Source of the DNA: a virus
Lineage: Duplodnaviria > Heunggongvirae > Uroviricota > Caudoviricetes
IMG/VR virus record: IMGVR_UViG_3300025936_000018
Reading direction: 5' to 3' (one strand)
DNA: 64,000 bases
The position numbers were made by a program, and so were the translations under genes. Below the pieces are notes generated by a model. It had not been told where the DNA came from, searched no databases, and worked only from the letters and a program-made list of their open reading frames with translations. Within the stretch, counting starts at the first letter, position 1. Each line of letters begins with the position of its first letter. Shown here one piece after another: positions 36,113 to 44,571 of this stretch.

Positions 36113-37602
36113 CAGAACGGGATGTCGTCGAGCTCGGATGGCGGGGCGGCAGGTGGAGCAGCGGGTGGAGCAGCGGCGGGCTCATCCGTGTATTCGCCCT
36201 CCACAGGCGTCCATTCGGCGTCCTCCGCGTCGGAAGCGTCCGGTGCTGCCTCCGACTCAGCCGGCGGTTCTTCCACAGCAGAAGGCTGCTCAGCGTCGCC
36301 GGCGCTCTCGACGGTCGAGCTCGAGTCGAGCGGCGGCCGACCGGCTTCGGCTTCGGCACTGGTAAGCGCCCAGTCGGGCCCGTCGATTGCGAGACCGTCG
36401 AACGCGGCCGCGAAGGCCTTCTGGACGACCTCGCGCGCGTCCGGCCGCAGCTGGCACTCGCCTTCGCCCTCGAGCGCATTGAGCACGCGCAGGAGACGCT
36501 GCCAGAGATCGGCCTTCCGTTCGTCCGTGATCTCCGGATCGGAGACGACCGCGCCGATCGTCTCGAGCGCGTAACCCTTCACCGCGAGCTCTCCCAGCCA
36601 TTCGCTTGCAGCTGGAGCTCCAACCGTCTCCGCAAACCGAGCGCCGAACTCCTTCCAGCTGGCCGGCGGCTGCCACTTCCCCGTCTGCCGATCGGAGCCG
36701 TACATCTTGCGCTGATCGGTTGCGTCGAAGTCGTCCCAGTCCTGGACCTCCTCCGACGTGTACGGCATCGCGGCGCCGATGAGGTCCGGACCTAAGCGCC
36801 GAGCGAGCCGGCCGACGCACCGTGCCCAGAGCATGTCTGCTCGGTAGTTCTTCCAGTTGTCCTTCTCGACGAGCCGCTTGCCCTTCGTGACGATCTGCTC
36901 GGCCTCTTCGTACGTCCACTCGACCTCGGCGATCTCCTTCGTGTCGCGGCGCTGCGCCTTGATCCACGCGCGATCGCGCGTCGAGTCGGACTCGAGGATG
37001 ATGATGCCGCCCTCGCGCATCCGCGCGAGGAGAAGGTTCGCCGACAGTGACGGCTTGCCGTCGACGACGTAGATGTCGCGGAGCGACTGCATCGGGCCGA
37101 GCCCCATCTCGCGGCCGGTCAAGATCGCCGCGAGCACGTCATCCGGCTTGTTGCGGTACGCCATCGGGACCATCTGCGTCGACGCGATCGCGCCGGCCAT
37201 CTCGCGCATCGCGACGAACTCGGCCGTGGTCGGAAGCAGTGCCGGAGCCTGCACAACGGCCTCTTCGCGGAGCGCGAGCGCCCGACTCTCGGCGGCAGCG
37301 ATGTCCTCGGCTGTCGGCTCCGGCTCTTGCTCCGGCTCGGGCTCGGGCTCGGCCGGCGTGGCCGCAGCATCGCCGGAGCCGCTCTCTTCCGCGGCCTCTG
37401 CCGCCGGCGCGGCCGGCTGCTCTTCCGGCTGTGGCTCCGACGCCGCGGCCGGCGCACCTTCTTTCGCTCGAGCGGATTCGACGAGCCTGACGAGCAGCTC
37501 CTTCTTCGTTCCAGTCGGAGCGTCGATCCCGGCCTTACTGAGCTCGGCACGGAGCTCCGCGACGGTCATCTCCTCGAGCGGCTTCTGTTCGATCGTGCTC
37601 AT
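36112..37602 (-). CDS. recT: RecT-family single-strand annealing protein with N-terminal SAP domain and SSB-like C-terminal DDIPF tail
   Basis: SAP MTVAELRAELSKAGIDAPTGTKKELLVRLVE; RecT core QMVPMAYRNKPDDVLAAILTGREMGLGPMQSLRDIYVVDGKPSLSANLLLARMREGG; acidic tail ending ELDDIPF; SD AAGGAGG. Confidence 0.8.
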   Translation of the reverse strand: MSTIEQKPLEEMTVAELRAELSKAGIDAPTGTKKELLVRLVESARAKEGAPAAASEPQPEEQPAAPAAEAAEESGSGDAAATPAEPEPEPEQEPEPTAEDIAAAESRALALREEAVVQAPALLPTTAEFVAMREMAGAIASTQMVPMAYRNKPDDVLAAILTGREMGLGPMQSLRDIYVVDGKPSLSANLLLARMREGGIIILESDSTRDRAWIKAQRRDTKEIAEVEWTYEEAEQIVTKGKRLVEKDNWKNYRADMLWARCVGRLARRLGPDLIGAAMPYTSEEVQDWDDFDATDQRKMYGSDRQTGKWQPPASWKEFGARFAETVGAPAASEWLGELAVKGYALETIGAVVSDPEITDERKADLWQRLLRVLNALEGEGECQLRPDAREVVQKAFAAAFDGLAIDGPDWALTSAEAEAGRPPLDSSSTVESAGDAEQPSAVEEPPAESEAAPDASDAEDAEWTPVEGEYTDEPAAAPPAAPPAAPPSELDDIPF

Positions 37603-37976
37603 TCCTCTGCTGCCTCCTTCGCCTGCGCGTGTGCTTTAGCAAGTTGCCGGGTGATCGGCGCGAGACTGCGGAACGCGCTCGTCGCTGCCTCGATGAACGA
37701 GATACTTATCGTGTTGAGCCACTTGATCGTCGGCGCCCACTTCTCGGCGATGAACGCGAGCGTGACCACGCGCGCGAGATCCTCTTCGGCACGGCGCAGC
37801 TGCCGCTCGTGGTGAGCGCCGTACCGCATCGCGCGCCGGCGGACGCGCCAGTAGCGCGCGAGCGCGGCGTACTCGTAGCGCGTCATCGACCGCTTCTCCA
37901 TCCGGGCACGGATCAGGTTCCAGACCGTTGCGGTCAGCGGAGACGTCTTCGATCTCACAGGTGCGCCCGGCGTCAT
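37599..37976 (-). CDS. hypothetical protein
   Basis: Internal start MTPGAPVRSK...; ATGA overlaps. Confidence 0.4.
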   Translation of the reverse strand: MTPGAPVRSKTSPLTATVWNLIRARMEKRSMTRYEYAALARYWRVRRRAMRYGAHHERQLRRAEEDLARVVTLAFIAEKWAPTIKWLNTISISFIEAATSAFRSLAPITRQLAKAHAQAKEAAEE

Positions 37977-38338
37977 TGCGGCGTGTAGATGTGTAGACGA
38001 AACGGCTCGCCGCAGCCGAGGCACGCGCAGAGGTAGTCGGTGAATGGCTGCTTGTATGAGATCCCGACCCACTCCCATTCCGAGACGACGATCTTCGGAA
38101 GGTCGCGCCGGATGAACGGCCGGCACTCGCGGCCGCAGTTCGGGCACGCGACGCGGATCAGGTGGCGCGTGTAGTCCTCGAGCCGCTCGGAGTACGACTC
38201 GTCAGCGTCGAAGCTGACGGACGGCAGCCGATGCGCGAGCGCGCGCTCGTCGTCGGTCGCGCGCGGACACTCGCGTTGGCGTGGCTCCTCTTCGACAAAC
38301 ATCGCGCCGGCGCCGTCGCCGAGGGTCATCCTGCTCAT
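37973..38338 (-). CDS. Cys-rich hypothetical protein
   Basis: CPNCGREC...CACLGCGEP. Confidence 0.4.
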   Translation of the reverse strand: MSRMTLGDGAGAMFVEEEPRQRECPRATDDERALAHRLPSVSFDADESYSERLEDYTRHLIRVACPNCGRECRPFIRRDLPKIVVSEWEWVGISYKQPFTDYLCACLGCGEPFRLHIYTPQ

Positions 38339-38721
38339 GCCGCTGCTGCTTCCCTCGGGCAATCGCACGTGGCGCCGGCGTGATCTTCGATCTCGTGCAC
38401 GCGGAGCCAGAGCCGCGCGTAGAGGCTTTCCGCCGGCGGATCGCCGCCATCAGCCATCGCTTCGTAGACGGGATCTCCGGGCTTCGGCTCGGCGAGCGGG
38501 CCCGATGGCGCGTCGATCTCTCGAGCGAGGATCCGCGTGCGCACGTCGACGAACTCTTCCGCGTGGACATCGCGGCCGTGATCGGCGATCAGCATCAGCT
38601 TCGCGCGGCCGCGCGTCTCGGCGAGGTAGATACCGCACGGCACGGTGTACTCGCCGGGATCGGGCGGCTCATAGCTTCGCCCGACGATGCGGCCCTCGAG
38701 TTTGCACCAGTACGCGTTCAC
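38335..38721 (-). CDS. hypothetical protein
   Basis: GTG start VNAYWC (GTGA overlap). Confidence 0.4.
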   Translation of the reverse strand: MNAYWCKLEGRIVGRSYEPPDPGEYTVPCGIYLAETRGRAKLMLIADHGRDVHAEEFVDVRTRILAREIDAPSGPLAEPKPGDPVYEAMADGGDPPAESLYARLWLRVHEIEDHAGATCDCPREAAAA

Positions 38722-39122
38722 GCGGCGACCTTCGGCTCGTCGACGACGAGTTGCAGCGCCGCGAGATGCGAGCAGCGGCGCGTCCTCTTCCCGCCGCGCT
38801 CGAGCGAGCATGTGCACCGCCACTGGCGCCTGACGGGGTCGTAGCCGAGCGAGTACGTCGCGCCCGTGCCGCGGCATGACGCGACGATCAGGCCGGTCGG
38901 CTCCATGCGCTCGATGCGGAGCCGGCCCTCGATGACGTAGCGCTTCCCCTTCTGCTCGACGTTCTCTGTCCCGCGGATCACGAGCGGCGACTCGTCCAGC
39001 ACCTTGTCGCGCAACTGCTCGAGCTCTTCCTGCTCGAAGAACGTGTCGTGCTCTTCCTCGCCTCGCCGGAGCCGCTCGAGGTACTCGTCGAGCAGCCGGC
39101 GCGCAAACTTCTTGGGAATCAA
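38718..39122 (-). CDS. SWIM zinc-finger protein
   Basis: CTCSLERGGKRTRRCSHLAA (CxC..CxH); probable TTG start overlapping the HNH stop. Confidence 0.45.
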   Translation of the reverse strand: MIPKKFARRLLDEYLERLRRGEEEHDTFFEQEELEQLRDKVLDESPLVIRGTENVEQKGKRYVIEGRLRIERMEPTGLIVASCRGTGATYSLGYDPVRRQWRCTCSLERGGKRTRRCSHLAALQLVVDEPKVAA

Positions 39123-39574
39123 CTCGCCGCCGCCTTCCTGTCCAAGTAGCGGCGCTGAGCGGCCGTGCGGCACTTGCGGCACGCGCGACCGCCAGTCGGC
39201 CGCCGGTACGTGTTCTTCGGCGTGAACTCGTGCCCACGCCTGCAATGCGTCTGCGCTTCTCCCCGCGCCTTATTGAGAGCGGGCCCGGCTCCGCGCCGTA
39301 GATTCTCGGCACGGGTGACGGCTTCGAGATGCTCGGGATTTACGCAATGCCTGACCCGGCAGAGATGGTCGGGCTCAAGTCCGCTCGGGATCGGGCCGAT
39401 GAAATACCGATAGGAGATGCGATGCGCTCCGTAGTTGCGCCGGCCGACACTGAATGAGCCGTATCCGTTGCTGCTCCGACCACCCGTCCAGAACCAGCAA
39501 CCGTCCTCCTGGACTTCGATTCGCGCCATGAAGCGACGCAAACCTTGCGCGTCGATCAGCGGGACCGCGCTCAC
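39119..39574 (-). CDS. HNH homing endonuclease (HNH_3/AP2-like)
   Basis: CWFWTGGRSSNGYGSF...AHRISYRYFIGPIPSGLEPDHLCRVRHCVNPEHLEAVTRAENL. Confidence 0.8.
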   Translation of the reverse strand: MSAVPLIDAQGLRRFMARIEVQEDGCWFWTGGRSSNGYGSFSVGRRNYGAHRISYRYFIGPIPSGLEPDHLCRVRHCVNPEHLEAVTRAENLRRGAGPALNKARGEAQTHCRRGHEFTPKNTYRRPTGGRACRKCRTAAQRRYLDRKAAAS

Positions 39575-40233
39575 GCTGCATCCATCCGATCAGCGAGCGC
39601 CTCAGCTTCACGCACACGCCTGATTGCTTCATCTATCCACTGCTCGTCGCACTCGATTAGCACCGCGCGTCGACCGCGCATGATCGCTGCTACCCCGGTC
39701 GAGCCAATCCCGGCGCATGGATCAAGTACGACATCGCCGATGCGACTCGATGACTCGATGAGCTCAGAGAGCAGCGCGAGCGGCTTCTCGGATGGGTGGC
39801 GAACCTTGCGACCAGTGGGTCGGTTCGCGCGAAGGACGGTGCCCTTGCGGATGCGGGCGGGAATGGCGTCGCTGCCGGCTTGACCGCCGTGTCGGTGCTT
39901 GGAGACGAGGAACGAGATCGACTCGTGCGCGGGGCCGAATGGCGCGGAGAGGTCGCCGCCGCTCATCATCAGCTTGTCCCAGACGAGCGCGACGGGCGCT
40001 GTCGTTTTCAGTCCTTCGACTACGTCGGTCGGGCCGAACACGTACAGGTGGCGGTTCTGGCCGACGACGCGCACGCAGTCGCGGAGGATCTCACGGATGC
40101 CCTCGCGATCAGCGTGGCCGTCGCCGACCAGCATCTCGAAACGTGCGGCTCGCTGGTTCGAGCGCCATTCGACGCCGTAGGGCGGATCCACGATGACGAG
40201 ATCGACCGACTCCGTTTCCATCTCAGCGAGCAC
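39571..40233 (-). CDS. DNA methyltransferase (PF01555-like N6A/N4C), N-terminus separated from body by a G9 tract and in-frame stop
   Basis: DPPY (motif IV), HPSEKP, DPCAGIGSTGVAA (motif I). Conserved N-terminal block GTIFQADARDVLAEMETESVDLVIVDPPY continues upstream of the first usable start and is cut by TGA 40291-40293. With G8 the frame would fuse to GTG 40294. Confidence 0.8.
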   Translation of the reverse strand: MLAEMETESVDLVIVDPPYGVEWRSNQRAARFEMLVGDGHADREGIREILRDCVRVVGQNRHLYVFGPTDVVEGLKTTAPVALVWDKLMMSGGDLSAPFGPAHESISFLVSKHRHGGQAGSDAIPARIRKGTVLRANRPTGRKVRHPSEKPLALLSELIESSSRIGDVVLDPCAGIGSTGVAAIMRGRRAVLIECDEQWIDEAIRRVREAEALADRMDAA

Positions 40234-40266
40234 GTCGCGAGCGTCGGCTTGGAAGATCGTGCCACG

Positions 40267-40275
40267 CCCCCCCCC
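40267..40275. repeat. C9/G9 homopolymer tract in the methyltransferase 5' region
   Basis: ccccccccc on the plus strand; the only homopolymer of 9 or more noticed in the window. Confidence 0.9.
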
Positions 40276-40290
40276 GGTAGACAGGTTCGA

Positions 40291-40671
40291 TCACGTGCGC
40301 TCCGGGACGTTGTCCATGAAGAGCGGCAACACGACCCGACTGACGTTCTCCTCTGCATCGGCTTCGCCGGCGAGGAACGCATCCGCCTCGCTCGTCCAGA
40401 CGCCGGATGCGTTGATCGCGTCGCCGCCGTCCGCGAACGTCACGTAGACGAAGAGGCCGTTCTCGATGCGGCCTTCGGCGACGCAGACGTCCATCGCCGC
40501 GAGCAGCCGCGCGCGCGGATCCGGAAGCGAGCCCACGGTCGCCGCGAGCTCGGCGCGTCGGCTGCACCGGCGGAACTCGGCGCGTCCGACGTCGACCAGC
40601 CGCTTGAGCTCGCTCAGACTCTCGACCTCGAGGCCGGCGAGTAGGAGCTCGAGATCCTCGCTCGTCACCAT
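40291..40671 (-). CDS. acidic hypothetical protein (same frame as the methyltransferase; stop TGA shared)
   Basis: 126 aa MVTSEDLELLLAGLEVESLSELKRLVDVGRAEF... Confidence 0.45.
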   Translation of the reverse strand: MVTSEDLELLLAGLEVESLSELKRLVDVGRAEFRRCSRRAELAATVGSLPDPRARLLAAMDVCVAEGRIENGLFVYVTFADGGDAINASGVWTSEADAFLAGEADAEENVSRVVLPLFMDNVPERT

Positions 40672-40791
40672 CGTCTTGACCTCCCATTCGTCCTGCTCGA
40701 CGCCCCCGCCTCGGGAGACCCTCCGGGTAGAGCTGGGAGAAGAGGGATTGAGACGGAGACGCCGAGCACGACGAACGAGATGTTCAACGCT

Positions 40792-40953
40792 TGCTCCCGA
40801 ACATGTAGAGGAACGCGGCGATCGCGAGAACGATCACAGCGACGAGGATGACGATGCCGCCGGCCCACGCGACCCAGGTCGGTTCACCGTTCGGATAGCC
40901 GCCGATCATGTCCATGTAGCTGCCAATCTGGGTCTCCCTCCCCATTCGCGAGG
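40792..40953 (-). CDS. small membrane protein (about 53 aa)
   Basis: MGRETQIGSYMDMIGGYPNGEPTWVAWAGGIVILVAVIVLAIAAFLYMFGSKR. Confidence 0.25.
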
Positions 40954-41010
40954 CGCCAATCGCCGCGCCACGCTAGTCTCTCGACGACTTCACGGCTCCA
41001 CCGTGCTTGA

Positions 41011-41020
41011 TATAGCTATA
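41011..41020. promoter_or_regulatory. Perfect 10-bp palindrome TATAGCTATA in an AT-rich divergent intergenic region
   Basis: Within TTGATATAGCTATAGCACTTTAG; lies between the minus-strand early-gene block and the plus-strand gene 41158-41928; -35-like TTGATA adjacent. Confidence 0.4.
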
Positions 41021-41157
41021 GCACTTTAGCCGGACGGTGGGAAGGCCGAATCACTCGAGAGAGGAGAGCATCCAGACGGACCCAGTGAGCTGTATCGCGC
41101 GAGCCGCTCGCCAACGAGCGTGACCGAACTCCTCGCGTCCTACGACCTGGAGGTGAC

Positions 41158-41928
41158 GTGAAACTTCTCGTTCTTCTAACGGCCGCCGTCGCCGCGGCCG
41201 CGACTTTGGCGACAGCATCGACTCCGGTGATCGGAGCAGCAGTACCGGCGGCGGAGGCACCAGCGCCGCAGCATCAGGACCACGGTGCGCGTATGACGGC
41301 CGAGGAGTTGCGTGACGCGCGCGGCGCCGTCGTCTACTTCATGCACAAGACGTGGCGCGTCCAGCATCGCATCCCGGTCCCTCCGACGCCGACGAACCAC
41401 GCCGAGAGACGCTGGCGATCGCCGGCGGCTCTGCACTGGCTCAAGCACCGATGGAACGTCCGCTGGCACAAGGCGAAGCACTTCCTCGCCGCGCACCGTC
41501 TGCCGCTAACGAACGACTGGCAGACCGCCGTCCGGATCGTGCAGCGCGTCTGGCCCGGCACCTCGAGTTGGTTGCTCTCGTGCTCGAGCGGCGAAGGAGG
41601 ACACGGCGAGTGGGTCTGGAACGGGCCCGTCCACGGCATTCCGTACGCCGGCACTCTCACGCCGCCGTCGGGCTCGTCCGGCGCCGGCGGATGGATGCAG
41701 TTCATGCGCGACACGTTCACAGGGAAGTACGCCGCAGCCGTCAGCGAAGCCCGGCAGCGCCACTGGCATCTTCCGATCTTGAAGGACTTGCCGTACGTTC
41801 CGCCCGGTACCCCGGCCATCGTGCGAGCGTGGCTGAGCCCTCTCGCGCAGGCTTTCGCGGCCGGCTGGGCTCGGTTCCACCACGCGACCAGCGCGTGGGA
41901 TCCGGGGATCGACCCGGCCTGCGCCTGA
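41158..41928 (+). CDS. secreted lytic-transglycosylase-like protein (signal peptide)
   Basis: GTG start with SD GGAGGTGA; signal peptide MKLLVLLTAAVAAAATLATAS; GGWMQFMRDTFTGKY resembles the SLT G-LMQ motif; one of three plus-strand genes. Confidence 0.5.
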   Translation: MKLLVLLTAAVAAAATLATASTPVIGAAVPAAEAPAPQHQDHGARMTAEELRDARGAVVYFMHKTWRVQHRIPVPPTPTNHAERRWRSPAALHWLKHRWNVRWHKAKHFLAAHRLPLTNDWQTAVRIVQRVWPGTSSWLLSCSSGEGGHGEWVWNGPVHGIPYAGTLTPPSGSSGAGGWMQFMRDTFTGKYAAAVSEARQRHWHLPILKDLPYVPPGTPAIVRAWLSPLAQAFAAGWARFHHATSAWDPGIDPACA

Positions 41929-41937
41929 CTCTCGGAC

Positions 41938-41955
41938 GGGCGCCTTCGGGCGCCC
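41938..41955. terminator. Bidirectional stem-loop between convergent genes
   Basis: GGGCGCC-TTCG-GGCGCCC: 7-bp GC stem, 4-nt loop, followed on the plus strand by TCCGATCTTCG. Confidence 0.45.
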
Positions 41956-41983
41956 TCCGATCTTCGCTCTCGAGGTCGCCGGC

Positions 41984-42769
41984 TCAGTAGCCGACGTGCA
42001 CGTGGTTGCAGTGCTCGGAGAGCGTCGGCTCGCCGTAGTAGGCCGCGTACGGGATGCACAGGCTCTGGCACGTCTTGTCCTCGTGGTACGCGTACCCGCC
42101 CGAGATCAGCTGCCACGGCTTGTGCTCGCCCGACTGGAGCACGCGGAGCAGCTTGAGCAGCGACGTGTAGACGCCGGCGTTGTTCACGGTGACGCCGTTG
42201 ATCGAAGAGATGTCGACCGCGTGGCCGCCCATATGTCCGCGCTCGCCATCGTTGCCGTGGTCGGAGCAGAGCGCGTAGCAGCCGAGCGTGAAGCCCTTCT
42301 CGTCGATCAGCCAGACGAGGCACTCGAGGACCTTCGGGTCGATGTGGATCTGCTCGCCGATGATGTTCGTGACCGTCTGGCCCTTCGCGGTCGCCTGGAT
42401 CTGCGGAAGCACCGATCCGCGGTCATCGCGGAACTTGCCCTCGTCGGCGAGGACGAGCAGCCGCTTCGCGGCAGCCGTGGCCGACGTCGGCGGAGCCGGC
42501 GGGACGTGCTGGCTCGAGTAGAGCTGCCGAGCCCACGCCGAGAAGTGCGGCGCCAGCTTCGCGTGCGTGGCGGGGCCGTAGATGCCGTCGGGGTGCAGGC
42601 CCATGTGCTGCTGGAACGCCTTCAGCTGCACGCCCATGCGCGGACCGAACACGCGGCTCTGCGTGAGTCCGCCTCCGTACCCGATTCGGCGAAGGCCGAT
42701 CTTGACGGCCTTCACGTCTCTGCCGCGCATCCCCTGGTGGAGCACCCTCTTGAACGGCACGACGGTCAT
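41984..42769 (-). CDS. endolysin: peptidoglycan-binding domain + M15-family peptidase
   Basis: PG_binding_1-like MRGRDVKAVKIGLRRIGYGGG...GIYGPATHAKL; M15 motifs SDHGNDGERGHMGGHAVDIS; start MTVVPFKR (ATGA overlap). Confidence 0.7.
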   Translation of the reverse strand: MTVVPFKRVLHQGMRGRDVKAVKIGLRRIGYGGGLTQSRVFGPRMGVQLKAFQQHMGLHPDGIYGPATHAKLAPHFSAWARQLYSSQHVPPAPPTSATAAAKRLLVLADEGKFRDDRGSVLPQIQATAKGQTVTNIIGEQIHIDPKVLECLVWLIDEKGFTLGCYALCSDHGNDGERGHMGGHAVDISSINGVTVNNAGVYTSLLKLLRVLQSGEHKPWQLISGGYAYHEDKTCQSLCIPYAAYYGEPTLSEHCNHVHVGY

Positions 42770-43176
42770 GCGGCCACCTGGACGCCGGCGTGGCGTACTC
42801 GAAGAGCGGCAACGAGTGACTGCTTGCCGGCCGTTCGGCGCCGCTCCGCGTCCTCGAGGACAGCGCTCCGATCGGTGATCGTCACGCGCGGGTCGTGGAA
42901 CAGCTGCGGACAATCCATCGCGGCGCACAGACGGTCGAACACGCAGAGCTCGACCATGCGCACGGAGCGCCGCCGGATCGCGCGGACGAGCTCCTCGTCA
43001 ACGTCGGCGTTCTCGGCGAGCCACTCGGTGCCGCGCAACGGAATCGGCGCGTCCGGATCGAGGCCCCACTGGCCGGCGATCTGCGGATGGTTGAGGTTCC
43101 AGTCGTCCAGGAACGAGCCAATCGCTTCCGCCAGCGGCTCTACCACAACGAGGCACGGATCGGGCTCGCGGTCCAA
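42766..43176 (-). CDS. hypothetical protein (lysis cassette)
   Basis: 136-aa ORF. Confidence 0.4.
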   Translation of the reverse strand: MDREPDPCLVVVEPLAEAIGSFLDDWNLNHPQIAGQWGLDPDAPIPLRGTEWLAENADVDEELVRAIRRRSVRMVELCVFDRLCAAMDCPQLFHDPRVTITDRSAVLEDAERRRTAGKQSLVAALRVRHAGVQVAA

Positions 43177-43285
43177 GTCGGCCGTAATCGTAGTCAGAAC
43201 CGTCGGACGTTACGCTTACAGCGTGGCGGACTGGGTGTGCGTAGCGATGTTCGAGTTCCAGTCGGGCCCGACCGAGACCGTCGAG

Positions 43286-43624
43286 TTATGCCGAGGGAAG
43301 CGAGCTCTCTGCGACGCCGTCGCCGACCGTCTCGATCTCCGCGCCGGCGTCGTCCCCTACCGCGGCACCCGCACCGAGCCCCTCGTCGGCGTCTCCCTCG
43401 CCACCTGCCCCGTCTCCGCTCTCGGCGACGATCTCGTCGGCGGTGATGGGGTCGCCGTCGATGACTAGATAGCCCTTCTCGATGTGAAGAGCCGTCCGGG
43501 GATCGTCCGGGTCAACGAGGACGCGCTCGCCGGCCCGAGCTCCGACGAGGTTGATCGCTGCGCGACATGGAACGAGTGGCACGCCGAGGATTCTACGCTG
43601 GCGCGTCGGTTCCTGTGTCGTCAT
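43286..43624 (-). CDS. hypothetical Gly/Asp-rich protein
   Basis: 112-aa ORF. Confidence 0.35.
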   Translation of the reverse strand: MTTQEPTRQRRILGVPLVPCRAAINLVGARAGERVLVDPDDPRTALHIEKGYLVIDGDPITADEIVAESGDGAGGEGDADEGLGAGAAVGDDAGAEIETVGDGVAESSLPSA

Positions 43625-43937
43625 GGTCGACGTGGTCGCGGAAGAGGGGGACGAGGCCGACCGTGCCGGCGTCGGCGGCGTCGGCGATGCTGACCCACAT
43701 TCGGTAGACCGCGTAGATGTCGACTACGACAGCGACGAGACCGATCGGGAGGCGCCACCAGTCCGGAGTGCCCCAGATGACAGAGGTTGCAACGTAGACG
43801 AGCAGGAGCGTGGCGGCGACGATCTTCACCGTGAACCACGGCACGAAGCGGCGGCCGAGGTGGGCGAGGAACGCAATGTTTGCGCCGACGAGGAATACGG
43901 CGAGTCCGGCGATGACGACGTGCAGAAACGCGATCAT
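43593..43937 (-). CDS. holin-like membrane protein (3 TM)
   Basis: MIAFLHVVIAGLAVFLVGANIAFLAHL...IVAATLLLVYVATSVIWG...IGLVAVVVDIYAVYRMWV. Confidence 0.45.
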   Translation of the reverse strand: MIAFLHVVIAGLAVFLVGANIAFLAHLGRRFVPWFTVKIVAATLLLVYVATSVIWGTPDWWRLPIGLVAVVVDIYAVYRMWVSIADAADAGTVGLVPLFRDHVDHDDTGTDAPA

Positions 43938-44215
43938 GAGCAGGTCACGTCCTTCAGCGCTGCGAGCTCCGTTTGGAGCTGCCTCTGGCCGTCGAGGACC
44001 TCGGCCCGCGAGATCCTGAATCTCTTGACGATGAAGTCGATGTTCTCGTTCACGTAGTTGTACTGACGCTGGTCGCTGGCCTTGATCGCGCAGACCGCGC
44101 GGTGCGCGTCGTTAGCCGCGGCAACGACCGTCTCGATGCCGAACGCGGCCGCCGAGATAACGACGCAGGCCGTCGCCAGAACGATCCATGTGAGCGGGTT
44201 ACGGACGTTCATCAT
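43934..44215 (-). CDS. membrane-anchored protein (spanin/LysB-like position)
   Basis: N-terminal TM LTWIVLATACVVISAAAF followed by soluble coiled coil. Confidence 0.4.
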   Translation of the reverse strand: MMNVRNPLTWIVLATACVVISAAAFGIETVVAAANDAHRAVCAIKASDQRQYNYVNENIDFIVKRFRISRAEVLDGQRQLQTELAALKDVTCS

Positions 44216-44432
44216 CGCCTCCGTTCGCTCGAATCGTACGGACGAGCGGCGTGATGATCTGAACCCCGAAGACGTACCCGCAGAGCAGCAGCAGCGCGGG
44301 AGTCGTCCACTTCAGCGCCACGTACTGCTGCGATGTCAGCGCGACGACGAGAGACGAGAGCCAGCCGAGACCGATGATCGCGGCGAGCGGAAAGACGAGA
44401 CGATCGCGCGGCGTAAGTGTGTCGCTTTTCAC
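44199..44432 (-). CDS. holin-like membrane protein (2 TM)
   Basis: LVFPLAAIIGLGWLSSLVVAL ... PALLLLCGYVFGVQIITPLV. Confidence 0.4.
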   Translation of the reverse strand: MKSDTLTPRDRLVFPLAAIIGLGWLSSLVVALTSQQYVALKWTTPALLLLCGYVFGVQIITPLVRTIRANGGDDERP

Positions 44433-44571
44433 GCGATGTATCCGTCGGCGTCAACGAGCACCACATCTATCTCGCCGGCGGTCCGGATGCAAGATCGTCG
44501 GCGATGACGACGCACGGCTCGAGCGCATCGGCGGTCATAGGCCGAAGGCTACAACGGGACTCGGCTGCGGA

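Noticed and set aside
40223-40687. 154-aa Arg-rich ORF upstream of the methyltransferase
   Set aside because: Noise-like composition. Only its last about 10 codons (VIEPVYRGG) would matter, as the methyltransferase N-terminus if the G tract were G8.
43225-43275. tRNA-like T-loop (GTTCGAGTTCC)
   Set aside because: No complementary T-stem, D-arm or acceptor stem could be built. The region is also coding. No tRNA called anywhere in the window.
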